A stretch of 27,889 nt of DNA, from NCBI GenBank assembly GCA_043824255.1, contig JBDRTG010000042.1:1-27889 (forward strand), written 5' to 3'. Under the pieces are notes generated by a model. That model searched no databases. It was not told the DNA's origin and saw only the letters and a list, made by a program, of their open reading frames with translations. The stretch is from a bacterium (GTDB taxonomy: Bacteria > JAHJDO01). Both the position numbers and the translations under genes were made by a program. Positions 16,075 through 25,000 of the stretch are shown here, in pieces (the first letter of the stretch is position 1; every line of letters starts with the position of its first letter).

Positions 16075-17326
16075 TATTCCTCAACTTTTTCTTTATGATT
16101 GATACCGCATTATCCAGCTTAATCTCCTCTTGTGTACTTGTTTTCATATCGCGGAGAATGACCGTTCCTTTTGATAGCTCATTTGCGCCTAAAATCAAAC
16201 TGAATTTGCAGTTTGATTTTGCAGCTGTTCTCAACTGATTTTTAAGAGTTTTTTTCTGATAAGTTGTTTTGGCATGTATTCCATTTTGTCTCAATGCAGC
16301 AAGGAATGCAAACACCTTTTCATTCATAGGGAAATCGAGATACGCTAAGTATACTGAATTGTTGCTTTGGAAGTTTCTATGTGTTAATAGCATTATCATC
16401 CTCTCAATTCCTGCTGCAAATCCAACAGCAGGAGTTGATTTTCCACCCATCTGTTCAACCAAGTTATCATATCTTCCTCCAGCAGCAACTACATTCTGCG
16501 CGCCTAACTGAGAATGAATGATTTCAAAGATCACACCTGTATAATAATCAAGACCGCGAACAAGATAAGGCTGTATTTGATAATCAATGCCTAAACAGTT
16601 TATATGTTTCTCCACTGTCTCAAGTTTATTCCTGCATTTGGCACATAGATTCTCTGTGATAGTAGGTCCATCTTTTACGTATTGAATACATTCAGGTTTT
16701 TTGCAGTCCAGAATTCTTAAAGGATTAGTAGAATATCTGCGTTTACAGTCCATGCACAGGTTTTTAATTCGGTTTCTAAAGTGTCCTAGAAGATGTTTTA
16801 CGTACTTTGGCCTGCATTCCTTGCAACCAATGCTATTAAGCATTACTTTTAGGTTTTTAATGCCCATTTTGGATGGAATTTGAACTGCAATATCAATTAT
16901 CTCTGCATTCAACCCCGCATCTTCAACGCCAATTGCCTCTGCCCCGATCTGATGGAATTGTCTTGTTCTGCCTGATTGCGGTCTTTCGTATCTGAAAAAT
17001 GGACCCATATAGTATAATTTTACCGGCAAAGTCTGTGTATGCATATTGTGCTCAATAAATGAGCGCACGATTGAGGCAGTTCCTTCAGGTCTAAGAGCGA
17101 GTTCCCTACCCTTTTTATCAGAGAACACATACATTTCTTTGCTTACAATGTCCGTAGATTCCCCAACACTTTTTTGAAAGAGTCTGGCTTGTTCAAATAT
17201 AGGCGTGCGAATCTCCCTATAATCATAAGCTTCCAGCAAATTTCTGGAAACAAGTTCCAATGCCTGCCAGGTATCTACATCGTGAGGCACTATATCACTT
17301 GTTCCGCGAACTGTTTTTACCACCAC
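16061..17326 (-). CDS. hisS: Histidine--tRNA ligase
   Basis: [61 protein letters not shown] start at 17326 or 17323. Confidence 0.98.
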   Translation of the reverse strand: MVVKTVRGTSDIVPHDVDTWQALELVSRNLLEAYDYREIRTPIFEQARLFQKSVGESTDIVSKEMYVFSDKKGRELALRPEGTASIVRSFIEHNMHTQTLPVKLYYMGPFFRYERPQSGRTRQFHQIGAEAIGVEDAGLNAEIIDIAVQIPSKMGIKNLKVMLNSIGCKECRPKYVKHLLGHFRNRIKNLCMDCKRRYSTNPLRILDCKKPECIQYVKDGPTITENLCAKCRNKLETVEKHINCLGIDYQIQPYLVRGLDYYTGVIFEIIHSQLGAQNVVAAGGRYDNLVEQMGGKSTPAVGFAAGIERMIMLLTHRNFQSNNSVYLAYLDFPMNEKVFAFLAALRQNGIHAKTTYQKKTLKNQLRTAAKSNCKFSLILGANELSKGTVILRDMKTSTQEEIKLDNAVSIIKKKLRNNDAN

Positions 17327-17529
17327 TTTCCTCTTTCCTGATATACCTCTATAAATTTTTCAATGCTTCTATCATACGTTTTCTCAACATCATTAGGAAA
17401 GAAGCAGGCGGGGAACTGCTCCATCTGCCAATGATACTTAATGCACTCGCAACAAATACCTTTTTTACTGCACGGTTCATAAGTGCAGTTGCATTTTTGC
17501 TTATTCTCCTGAACATTACATTCTTTCAC
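17317..17529 (-). CDS. Small Cys-rich protein (DUF6485-like)
   Basis: [21 protein letters not shown]....[18 protein letters not shown] start with AGGAG SD; overlaps hisS start. Confidence 0.8.
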   Translation of the reverse strand: MKECNVQENKQKCNCTYEPCSKKGICCECIKYHWQMEQFPACFFPNDVEKTYDRSIEKFIEVYQERGKWW

Positions 17530-17591
17530 AAAACTCTCCTAAAGTTTTTGTTTATAACTATTGTTGTGAAGGCGAGTATATAATATCTGAA

Positions 17592-18908
17592 TCATGCCTG
17601 ACCAGTCGTTTCCAAAACAGTCTGCCATAAATGGCCGTTTGGGTCAACTTTTTTCTTCTTCAGGATAGCCAGTGATATTGGGATATGCATAAAGTACTGG
17701 TTCCAGTAGCTTATTACCATATTTGTTCTGCCTGACATCCCGGCATGCACAGCATTTTGTCCAAGCATCAGGCAGAATGCCGAATCTTGAGAATTGGCAG
17801 GTATACTTCGGATTATATAGCTTGGATCTATATATTTCAAAACCAATGGCTTTTTCTTCTTTTTAAAATACTTTATAATTTCCTTCTTTAAGAAACCTCC
17901 TATATCCCTATGTACAATATTGCCGGAAGCATCTCTTTTTTGATAACCAGCTTCTTGTATCAAGTCCTGTCCCGCTCCTTCAGCTACTACAATTAGCGCG
18001 TGATGCTTCCTGTCCAGCCGTTTCTCCAGCAGACGTAAAAATCCATTTTCTCCTTTTAAAACAAGTGGTACTTCCGGGATAAAACAGAAGTTTGCATCAC
18101 TGTTTGCCAGAGTAGCATAAGCAGCAATAAAGCCAGAATCCCTGCCCATTAGTTTAACTAATCCAACACCATTCCATGCTCCTTTGGCTTCTTCGTGTGC
18201 TCCGCAAATTGCTGAACGCGACGCTTCAACAGCTGTTGAAAAGCCAAAAGATTGCTCTAGTGCGCAGATATCATTATCAATTGTCTTTGGAACTCCAATT
18301 ACCCCAATTTTTAAATCTCTTTTCTTTATCGCTTTGACTATATCTGAAGCTCCTCTTAGTGTGCCATCGCCTCCAATAACAAATAATAAACTAATTTCTC
18401 TTTTTTCTAGATTGCTAACTATATCATCCGAGTCTTGCTGACCACGAGACAATGACAGGATATCTCCTCCTTTATGGTGAATTTCGTCAACAGATTCCGG
18501 GGTTAATACCAATGGTTCTTTAGGAGCTCTTGATGATAGACCCGCGTATCCATAGCGAAAGCCGAAAACTTTCCTGACACCATATTGCCATATAAGGCTA
18601 AGAACGATTGTCCGTATCACATCATTGAGCCCAGGACATAATCCTCCACAAGTAACTATTCCACAGTTTATTTTTTTCCCGTCAAAGAAGATCCTTTGCC
18701 TGGGACCAGCTCTTTCAAACATTGGAAGTTCTTTATCAGAGCTTTGACATGCTTTTAAATCTTTAGAATGTGAATATAATAGAATTTTTTCCTGGTCATT
18801 AGTGAAATAATCCCTGCTTCTTACCAGGGGAGAAACTATACTTGAATGTCCAAGCTTCTCAATTGTCAAATCCGGAAGTTCATCTGTTGCCAAGCAATGC
18901 GTATCCAT
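17592..18908 (-). CDS. pfkA: ATP-dependent 6-phosphofructokinase (long, spirochaete/plant-like PfkA clade)
   Basis: FERAGPR, IVTCGGLCPGLNDVIR, GGDGT, PKTIDND, VKLMGRDSGFIA, VAEGAGQ, KYIDPSYIIRS. Confidence 0.93.
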   Translation of the reverse strand: MDTHCLATDELPDLTIEKLGHSSIVSPLVRSRDYFTNDQEKILLYSHSKDLKACQSSDKELPMFERAGPRQRIFFDGKKINCGIVTCGGLCPGLNDVIRTIVLSLIWQYGVRKVFGFRYGYAGLSSRAPKEPLVLTPESVDEIHHKGGDILSLSRGQQDSDDIVSNLEKREISLLFVIGGDGTLRGASDIVKAIKKRDLKIGVIGVPKTIDNDICALEQSFGFSTAVEASRSAICGAHEEAKGAWNGVGLVKLMGRDSGFIAAYATLANSDANFCFIPEVPLVLKGENGFLRLLEKRLDRKHHALIVVAEGAGQDLIQEAGYQKRDASGNIVHRDIGGFLKKEIIKYFKKKKKPLVLKYIDPSYIIRSIPANSQDSAFCLMLGQNAVHAGMSGRTNMVISYWNQYFMHIPISLAILKKKKVDPNGHLWQTVLETTGQA

Positions 18909-18915
18909 AAAAGTC

Positions 18916-18945
18916 AGTATACTATAAAATAAAGAAAATGTGCAA
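18916..18945 (-). promoter_or_regulatory. Putative sigma70 promoter giving a leaderless pfkA mRNA
   Basis: Minus strand TTGCAC-N18-TATACT-N7-ATG(18908); no SD sequence. Confidence 0.55.
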
Positions 18946-18950
18946 AATAT

Positions 18951-19901
18951 TCAGATATTTAATAATTTTTCAATTATTTTAATATCATCTTCAGCAAGTT
19001 TAACGTCACCTGCAACAGCTGTTTCTTGAATCTGCGATTGGCTTCTGGCTCCCACAATAGCTGCAGTTACTTCTTCCCTGCGTAAAACCCATGCCAGAGC
19101 AAGCTGCGCAAGAGTTATATTATTCTTCTCTGCTATAGGTCTGAGAGATTCCACCAGCTCAAGATTTGCACTTAACTGAGGCTCTTGAAAATGCATATTC
19201 TTGTGTCGATGGTCATCTTTCGGAAGATTTAGAACACGTTCTTTAGAGAACTTTCCTGTAAGAAGTCCTCTTTGCATTGGGCTGTAAACTATAACTCCAA
19301 TATTGTTTTTTTCGCAATAATCCAGCAGTTCATCTTCAATCCCTCTCTCAAGCATACTGTAAGGCGGCTGAAGTGACGCTATTGGATGAATAGATTGAAT
19401 GCGCTTAAGCTGTTTCACGCTAAAGTTTGAAACACCTCCGTAGCGAATCTTCCCTTCTTTTATAAGTTTTGCTATTGTCTCCCATCCTTCTTCAATTTCT
19501 TCATCAGATGTTGGCCAATGTATTTGATACAGATCAATAACATCTACTCTAAGTCTCTTTAAACTTGCTTCAACCTCAGAACGAATACTATCTTTTTTTA
19601 AACAGTGGAATATCCTTCGATTTTTATCCCAGCAATTGCCGCATTTTGTTGCAATAATAGGTTTCTCTTTCATCTCCCTGATAGCCTTGCCTACAATCTC
19701 TTCAGAGTGACCAAGTCCATAAATTGCAGCTGTATCTATCCAGTTTATGCCAATATCAACTGCTTTACGTATCGCAGTAATTGATTCTTTATCGTCCTGC
19801 GGTCCCCATGCAAACTTCCACCCGCCGCCACCAATTGCCCATGTGCCGAGACCTATAACTGTTATATTTAAATCACTATACCCTAATTTTCTTGTCTGCA
19901 T
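18951..19901 (-). CDS. Aldo/keto reductase
   Basis: IGLGTWAIGG, GINWIDTAAIYG.GHSE, IATKCG, SLKRL.VDVIDLYQIHWP, GVSNFS, SLQPPYS, YSPMQRGLLTG. Confidence 0.95.
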   Translation of the reverse strand: MQTRKLGYSDLNITVIGLGTWAIGGGGWKFAWGPQDDKESITAIRKAVDIGINWIDTAAIYGLGHSEEIVGKAIREMKEKPIIATKCGNCWDKNRRIFHCLKKDSIRSEVEASLKRLRVDVIDLYQIHWPTSDEEIEEGWETIAKLIKEGKIRYGGVSNFSVKQLKRIQSIHPIASLQPPYSMLERGIEDELLDYCEKNNIGVIVYSPMQRGLLTGKFSKERVLNLPKDDHRHKNMHFQEPQLSANLELVESLRPIAEKNNITLAQLALAWVLRREEVTAAIVGARSQSQIQETAVAGDVKLAEDDIKIIEKLLNI

Positions 19902-20027
19902 AATCTTGTGTTCCGTGTCCCTCTCCGCACCAGTTACAATAAGTTTTACTCGTTTTATCTAACACTCTAACAACCATTTGCGTTGTGTTACAGTTTAATT
20001 ACGTCTTTTATCATAAAGAATGCCAAA

Positions 20028-20043
20028 TGGCAAATTTATTGCA
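20028..20043 (+). promoter_or_regulatory. Putative sigma54 (-24/-12) promoter
   Basis: TGGCAAATTTATTGCA has the exact GG-N10-GC spacing of TGGCACGNNNNTTGCW; ~110 bp upstream of the glycosyltransferase ATG. Confidence 0.6.
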
Positions 20044-20075
20044 AAGTTCTGCCAGTATGCTAATATACACGAAAC

Positions 20076-20150
20076 AAATCAGGATTAAGGATTAAGTTTG
20101 TAGAGCGTAATGTTTTTTAACTTAAATTCTTAATCCTTATAACTTAATAC
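20076..20150. repeat. GGATTAA heptamer repeat (copy 2) with inverted partner forming an imperfect hairpin
   Basis: AGGATTAAGGATTAAGTT (20081-20098) versus AACTTAAATTCTTAATCCT (20119-20137); extra AACTTAAT at 20141. Confidence 0.6.
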
Positions 20151-20155
20151 TAATA

Positions 20156-21922
20156 ATGACAGATAATAAAAAAGCTCTTTTTAACCAGATGAAACAGACG
20201 CTTTCAGAAACGAGAGTTAAAAGATGGAAGGATATCTCAGCTGTCCTTGAATCTGTAAAGAGAGATTCTCCTGAGATTGGGGCATTCACCGACAAAGAAT
20301 TCCTGAGTTCACTTCACAATGGTATTGCGTTTATTACATACGATTTTGGAATTGATGGAGTTTCAATAGAGATAAGTAAATATGCTCATTGCATGGAAAG
20401 AATTTTTGCAGACGCTCATACCACTCTCCCTGTTCTCCATTTTATCAGCGGCGATTTCCATGATAAAGCAGATGCGGTTCTTAAACCGTCGTGGAATCGT
20501 TTTCATATCCGTGAAATGAACGGATGGTCTAAATGGCACAAAGGGAAGTGTTTCTCAAAGCTTTTTTATGAGGATATGCCCGAGGGCAGCAAAATTTCCA
20601 GTGATCTTGCGATGGAGATGTGGGATCAGGCAGTTTCTTTTGCAGAAGAACTCGGCTCCTATGTAGTGGATAAGAAAATTGCATTACTTTTCCCTGTTAA
20701 TATTTTTTCAAATCCAGGAAACTTTGCGATTGCGCTTGCCACTATTTTAGTTTCTGAATCTCTTGGTATGTATGTATTGAATTCAAATCATGATTTCTAT
20801 TGGGAAGGAGGAAAACCTGCTTCAGAACGCAAACTCGGAGAAAAAGCAGGGATAAGAGATCACTTTTTTAAAAACATTAAGAATCGGGCATTCTTTTCGC
20901 TGTTTAAAAAGCTTTATCCATGGAATGGAAAGCGATGGATTCAAGTAAATATAAATCATAAGCAATCGCGCTACCTTACTACACATTATGGTTTTCCTAA
21001 GAATAGAGTATTTGAAATATCTACTTTCATAAGCGATGAATTTTTAAGAGAATATACGAAGCAAGATGTTATGTCGTCCCGTTTGCGAATGGCATATATC
21101 CTTTCAGACGGCAGGCCAAAAATCAAACCTGTTCCGGTTTCCTCTCATATTGGGAATCTCACAAACTGGATGAAGGGACAAAAGCCCATAGTTTGTGGAT
21201 TTAGAGAGGGGCTTGAGCTTGATTTAACAAATGAAAAGATTATTTACTGCTTGCAGCCCACGCGCGTAGTTGCCAGAAAACGTATTGAAAAGGATCTGCA
21301 TCTTTTTTCTGCGCTTATGAATTATCCCCTTTTTCGCAAGGAATTTGAAAGCAATAAAGACATTCAACTTATTCTCCATATAACAGGACCTGTGCCTATA
21401 GAGCATCGGGCAGATCTTGAAACTGTTTTAGGGGCTTATATTGATTTATGTTCATCATTGCCAGAAGATATTTCTGATCGTATCTTTATCGCGTTTTCAG
21501 TAGGAACAGAAGAACACTCAAGCTTTAGGGTAAATGGACTGGAACGTATGCATATTGAGGACATTTACAGACTTGCTACAGTAGTTTTGTTCCCCAGCGA
21601 AACCGAAGGCAGAGGATTGCCTATTATTGAGGCCAGTGCGTGCGGGATTCCTATTATCTGCAGCCACTATTATCCTGAGGAGGTTTTTGCCAATGTTGTA
21701 GGAAAATATCTTCCTGAAGAGAAGCAGATAAAGTACATACTTTTTCCCGAGAATGACTTTTCTCAGGATTTTCTTAGTAAAGCTACAAAGCTAATGTTCG
21801 GGGAAAATGAAGAAGAACTTAAAAGACATAACAGCGTTGCTGTAAGGATGCGTTATGGAACTGAAGTGCTTGCAGAGACATTCTATAAATTGCTCAGAAC
21901 TTTGAAGAGATCTAAGGACTGA
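20156..21922 (+). CDS. GT-B glycosyltransferase (GT4-like; resembles mannosylglucosylglycerate synthase-type proteins)
   Basis: GIDGVSIEISKY, NHDFYWE, LQPTRVVARKRIE, FPSETEGRGLPIIEA (EX7E) motifs. Confidence 0.75.
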   Translation: MTDNKKALFNQMKQTLSETRVKRWKDISAVLESVKRDSPEIGAFTDKEFLSSLHNGIAFITYDFGIDGVSIEISKYAHCMERIFADAHTTLPVLHFISGDFHDKADAVLKPSWNRFHIREMNGWSKWHKGKCFSKLFYEDMPEGSKISSDLAMEMWDQAVSFAEELGSYVVDKKIALLFPVNIFSNPGNFAIALATILVSESLGMYVLNSNHDFYWEGGKPASERKLGEKAGIRDHFFKNIKNRAFFSLFKKLYPWNGKRWIQVNINHKQSRYLTTHYGFPKNRVFEISTFISDEFLREYTKQDVMSSRLRMAYILSDGRPKIKPVPVSSHIGNLTNWMKGQKPIVCGFREGLELDLTNEKIIYCLQPTRVVARKRIEKDLHLFSALMNYPLFRKEFESNKDIQLILHITGPVPIEHRADLETVLGAYIDLCSSLPEDISDRIFIAFSVGTEEHSSFRVNGLERMHIEDIYRLATVVLFPSETEGRGLPIIEASACGIPIICSHYYPEEVFANVVGKYLPEEKQIKYILFPENDFSQDFLSKATKLMFGENEEELKRHNSVAVRMRYGTEVLAETFYKLLRTLKRSKD

Positions 21923-21927
21923 GGTAT

Positions 21928-23052
21928 ATGCATATCGGATTTATCGAAGATACACATTTTCATGGCGGAACTCAGATCTGGGTTTCTGAAGCAACCAGAG
22001 TTTTCATTAACAAAGGTGAGGATGTTACTGTTATTGCGCCTCTGGATAGCTGGGTAGCTAATGAATGTTCCAAAGCAGGAGCGCATATTATTGCATATGA
22101 CTGGGACAGGGTTGTAGCCAAAGGCGATGAATTTAAAAAGATATGGATTGAAGGCCTGAATAACTGTGATGTTGCTGTTTGTACCGTGCATCCGCCGAGG
22201 CATGGATTTCACTGCGCTGTTTTTGGCGCTGAATGCATAAAACAAGCTGGTCTTGACACAATTCTTATGCCAAAAACAGGGACTATTGTACCTGAATATC
22301 TGAGGAAATTTTATCTTCCTGATGACTCTATTAATGTAAAAATTATCAGTATCACAGACTTTACACGCAAGTATCTTATTGATAATTATAAAATGCCTTC
22401 TGAGAAGGTTGAGCTAATCTATCAGGGAACAGAGGTTGACCGTTTTAGTTCTTCAGATAAAAATAAAGCTGAAGCCTTGAGGCGTTATCCTCTTTGTGGT
22501 ACTGCTGGTCCGGTTCTGGGCTCAGTTGGCTCTTTTGAGGAAAGAAAAGGACAGGTCATTCTTCTCGAGGCGGTTGCAAAACTCGCAGCTGGTCCTATTC
22601 CTGACATTCACTTGATGCTTGTTGGAGACGGTCCGGACGAAGAAATGTTGAAAGCAAAAGTAAAAACAATGAATCTTGAAAAAAACGTGACATTTTTTCC
22701 ATTTACGAATGAACCAAATTATGTCTTTGAGAGAATTGACATATTAGTCCTTCCCAGTCTTTATAAGGAGGGTTTGCCAAATGTCCTGCTTGAAGCAATG
22801 TCCATGGGACTGCCTGTTGTAGCATCGAAATTAGCAGGAGTGCCTGAAGTTGTCTTTGATGGAGAAACAGGATATATGATTAAACCCGGGGACCGTAGCG
22901 AACTTATAGATGCGATTGTTAAACTCTCTTTAGATAAGAATGCTTGTCTGAAGATGGGTAGAAATGCTCGTAAGCTTATGGAAGAAAAATTTGATAAAAA
23001 AGTACAGTTTAATGAATTCCTAAAGTTCTTTCACAAGATCACAGGTAAGTGA
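21928..23052 (+). CDS. Glycosyltransferase family 4 protein
   Basis: GGTQ.W N-terminal loop, VGSFEERKGQ, LVGDGP, LVLPS..KEGLPNVLLEAMSMGLPVVAS..AGVPEVV.DGETG. Confidence 0.93.
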   Translation: MHIGFIEDTHFHGGTQIWVSEATRVFINKGEDVTVIAPLDSWVANECSKAGAHIIAYDWDRVVAKGDEFKKIWIEGLNNCDVAVCTVHPPRHGFHCAVFGAECIKQAGLDTILMPKTGTIVPEYLRKFYLPDDSINVKIISITDFTRKYLIDNYKMPSEKVELIYQGTEVDRFSSSDKNKAEALRRYPLCGTAGPVLGSVGSFEERKGQVILLEAVAKLAAGPIPDIHLMLVGDGPDEEMLKAKVKTMNLEKNVTFFPFTNEPNYVFERIDILVLPSLYKEGLPNVLLEAMSMGLPVVASKLAGVPEVVFDGETGYMIKPGDRSELIDAIVKLSLDKNACLKMGRNARKLMEEKFDKKVQFNEFLKFFHKITGK

Positions 23053-23088
23053 GTAGAAATAAAGATTTGCAAATAGGAGGATGTTGAA

Positions 23089-24123
23089 ATGGATGACAGT
23101 AAGATTGTTGAAGCGGATTTAGGAGCAATTGAAGAATTTAAGGATGCCAGAAAGAAAATTTTAAACGAAATCCGCAAGGTGATTATTGGTCAGCAGCAGA
23201 TAGTAGATGAAATTTTGATTGCCATGTTTTCCAGAGGTCATTGCCTTGTTGTCGGCGTGCCCGGACTGGCAAAAACATTAATGGTAAATACAATTGCGCA
23301 GGTCATGGATTTAAAGTTTAAAAGAATTCAGTTTACTCCTGACCTTATGCCCTCGGATATTACAGGGACGGATATCATGGAGGAGGATTCTCAAACGCAC
23401 AAGAGAGGTTTCAAATTTATAAAGGGCCCGATCTTTGCAAATATAGTGCTGGCTGATGAAATAAACAGGACACCACCAAAAACACAGGCTGCCTTGCTTG
23501 AGGCAATGCAGGAATACGAAGTAACTGCAGGAGGTATAACCTATCCTCTGCAGCTTCCGTTTTTTATTTTAGCGACACAGAATCCTATAGAGCAGGAAGG
23601 CACATATCCTTTACCTGAGGCCCAGTTAGATAGGTTTATGTTTAATATCAATATAGACTATCCTTCCAAAACTGAAGAGCAGGAAATAGTCAAATCTACT
23701 ACATACGAAACCAATGCTGAACTTACTTCTGTATTGAATGGGGAAAAAATACTTGAGCTTCAGAGAATCACAAGGCGCATTCCTGTTTCTGACCATGTAG
23801 TTATATATGCGACAAACATTGTAAGAGCGTCCAGGCCAAAGGATGCTTCTGCTCCTGAATTCATAAAAGACTGGGTTAGCTGGGGAGCAGGCCCGAGAGC
23901 CGCTCAGTATCTAATACTCGGCGCAAAGGCAAGAGCAATAACACGGGGTGACTACAATGTATCCTGTGAGGATGTAAGGAGTGTTGCTGCTCCTGTACTC
24001 AGACACAGGATTATTATTAATTTTAATGCAGAAGCTGAGGGAATAGACTCAGAGAAGATTATAGAGAAGCTGCTCAATACAATTACAGAACCAACCGAAA
24101 AGGATTATGCAAAGCTATCGTAG
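23089..24123 (+). CDS. MoxR-family AAA+ ATPase
   Basis: GVPGLAKT, RIQFTPDLMPSDITG, LADEINRTPPKTQAALLEAMQE, ATQNPIEQEGTYPLPEAQLDRF, GAGPRA, VLRHR; SD AGGAGG. Confidence 0.96.
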   Translation: MDDSKIVEADLGAIEEFKDARKKILNEIRKVIIGQQQIVDEILIAMFSRGHCLVVGVPGLAKTLMVNTIAQVMDLKFKRIQFTPDLMPSDITGTDIMEEDSQTHKRGFKFIKGPIFANIVLADEINRTPPKTQAALLEAMQEYEVTAGGITYPLQLPFFILATQNPIEQEGTYPLPEAQLDRFMFNINIDYPSKTEEQEIVKSTTYETNAELTSVLNGEKILELQRITRRIPVSDHVVIYATNIVRASRPKDASAPEFIKDWVSWGAGPRAAQYLILGAKARAITRGDYNVSCEDVRSVAAPVLRHRIIINFNAEAEGIDSEKIIEKLLNTITEPTEKDYAKLS

Positions 24124-25000
24124 GTTTCTCGATCCAAAGGTAATTGCAAAGATATCCAATCTGAACCTTGTTGCAAAACTTGTTGTTGAGGGATTTATCT
24201 CCGGTCTGCATAAAAGCCCATACCAGGGATTCAGCGTGGAATTCTCTGAACATAAGGAATATTCCCTGGGAGATGATCTGAAACATGTAGACTGGAAAGT
24301 GTATGGGAAAACAGATAAATTTTATATAAAGAGATATGAAGAGGAAACAAATCTTAAAGCCTATATTCTTCTGGATGCAAGTAATTCCATGTTCTTCAAG
24401 TCAAAGCATGTTTCAAAGTATGAATATGGCTGTTTTCTTGCTGCATCCCTCGCTTATCTGATGATTAAGCAAAGAGATTCTGTAGGTCTTGTGGTGTTTG
24501 ATGAAAAAATAAAAGATTATATACCACCTAAATGCAGTAGTGGGCACTTAAAAAATATCCTGCAAACACTTGATAGAACCTCATCAGGACAGGAGACTAA
24601 TATTAGCAGAACATGCCATGATCTGGCTGAAACAATAAAAAGAAGGGGGTTGATAATCTTAATATCAGATCTGCTTGATGATGTAGAATCAGTAATAAAG
24701 GGGCTAAAGCATTTCAGGCATAAAAAACACGAAGTTATTGTCTTTCATGTTCTTGATAAATACGAGACAACATTTCCTTATGAGAAACCTGCTGTTTTTC
24801 AGGATATAGAAACAAGAAAAACTCTTTCTGTGAATCCTAAACTTATCCGCGAGGAATATTGGGCAGAGATGGATAGCTTCACCAGTAGATATAAACGTGA
24901 TTGCTCCGAAGGCATGATAGACTATGTAAAGGTGGATACATCTGTGCCTCTGGACGTAGTGCTGTGTTCATATCTTTCCAAAAGAGCAAGATTAGGATAA
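24107..25000 (+). CDS. DUF58 domain (VWA-like) protein
   Basis: GLHKSPYQGFSVEFSEHKEY..GDDLKHVDWKVYGK, YEEETN, LDASNSM, ILISDL; follows MoxR. Confidence 0.94.
   Translation: MQSYRRFLDPKVIAKISNLNLVAKLVVEGFISGLHKSPYQGFSVEFSEHKEYSLGDDLKHVDWKVYGKTDKFYIKRYEEETNLKAYILLDASNSMFFKSKHVSKYEYGCFLAASLAYLMIKQRDSVGLVVFDEKIKDYIPPKCSSGHLKNILQTLDRTSSGQETNISRTCHDLAETIKRRGLIILISDLLDDVESVIKGLKHFRHKKHEVIVFHVLDKYETTFPYEKPAVFQDIETRKTLSVNPKLIREEYWAEMDSFTSRYKRDCSEGMIDYVKVDTSVPLDVVLCSYLSKRARLG

Noticed and set aside
5351..18441. Numerous 60-180 aa antisense or alternate-frame ORFs inside araC, the URO-D-like gene, lptA/C, CNNM, the HD protein, aspS, hisS and pfkA
   Set aside because: Largely or wholly overlapping well-supported genes; composition typical of reverse-frame translation.
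20039..20054. Additional minus-strand sigma54 motif TGGCAGAACTTTGC
   Set aside because: GG-to-GC spacing is one base short of the strict -24/-12 requirement.
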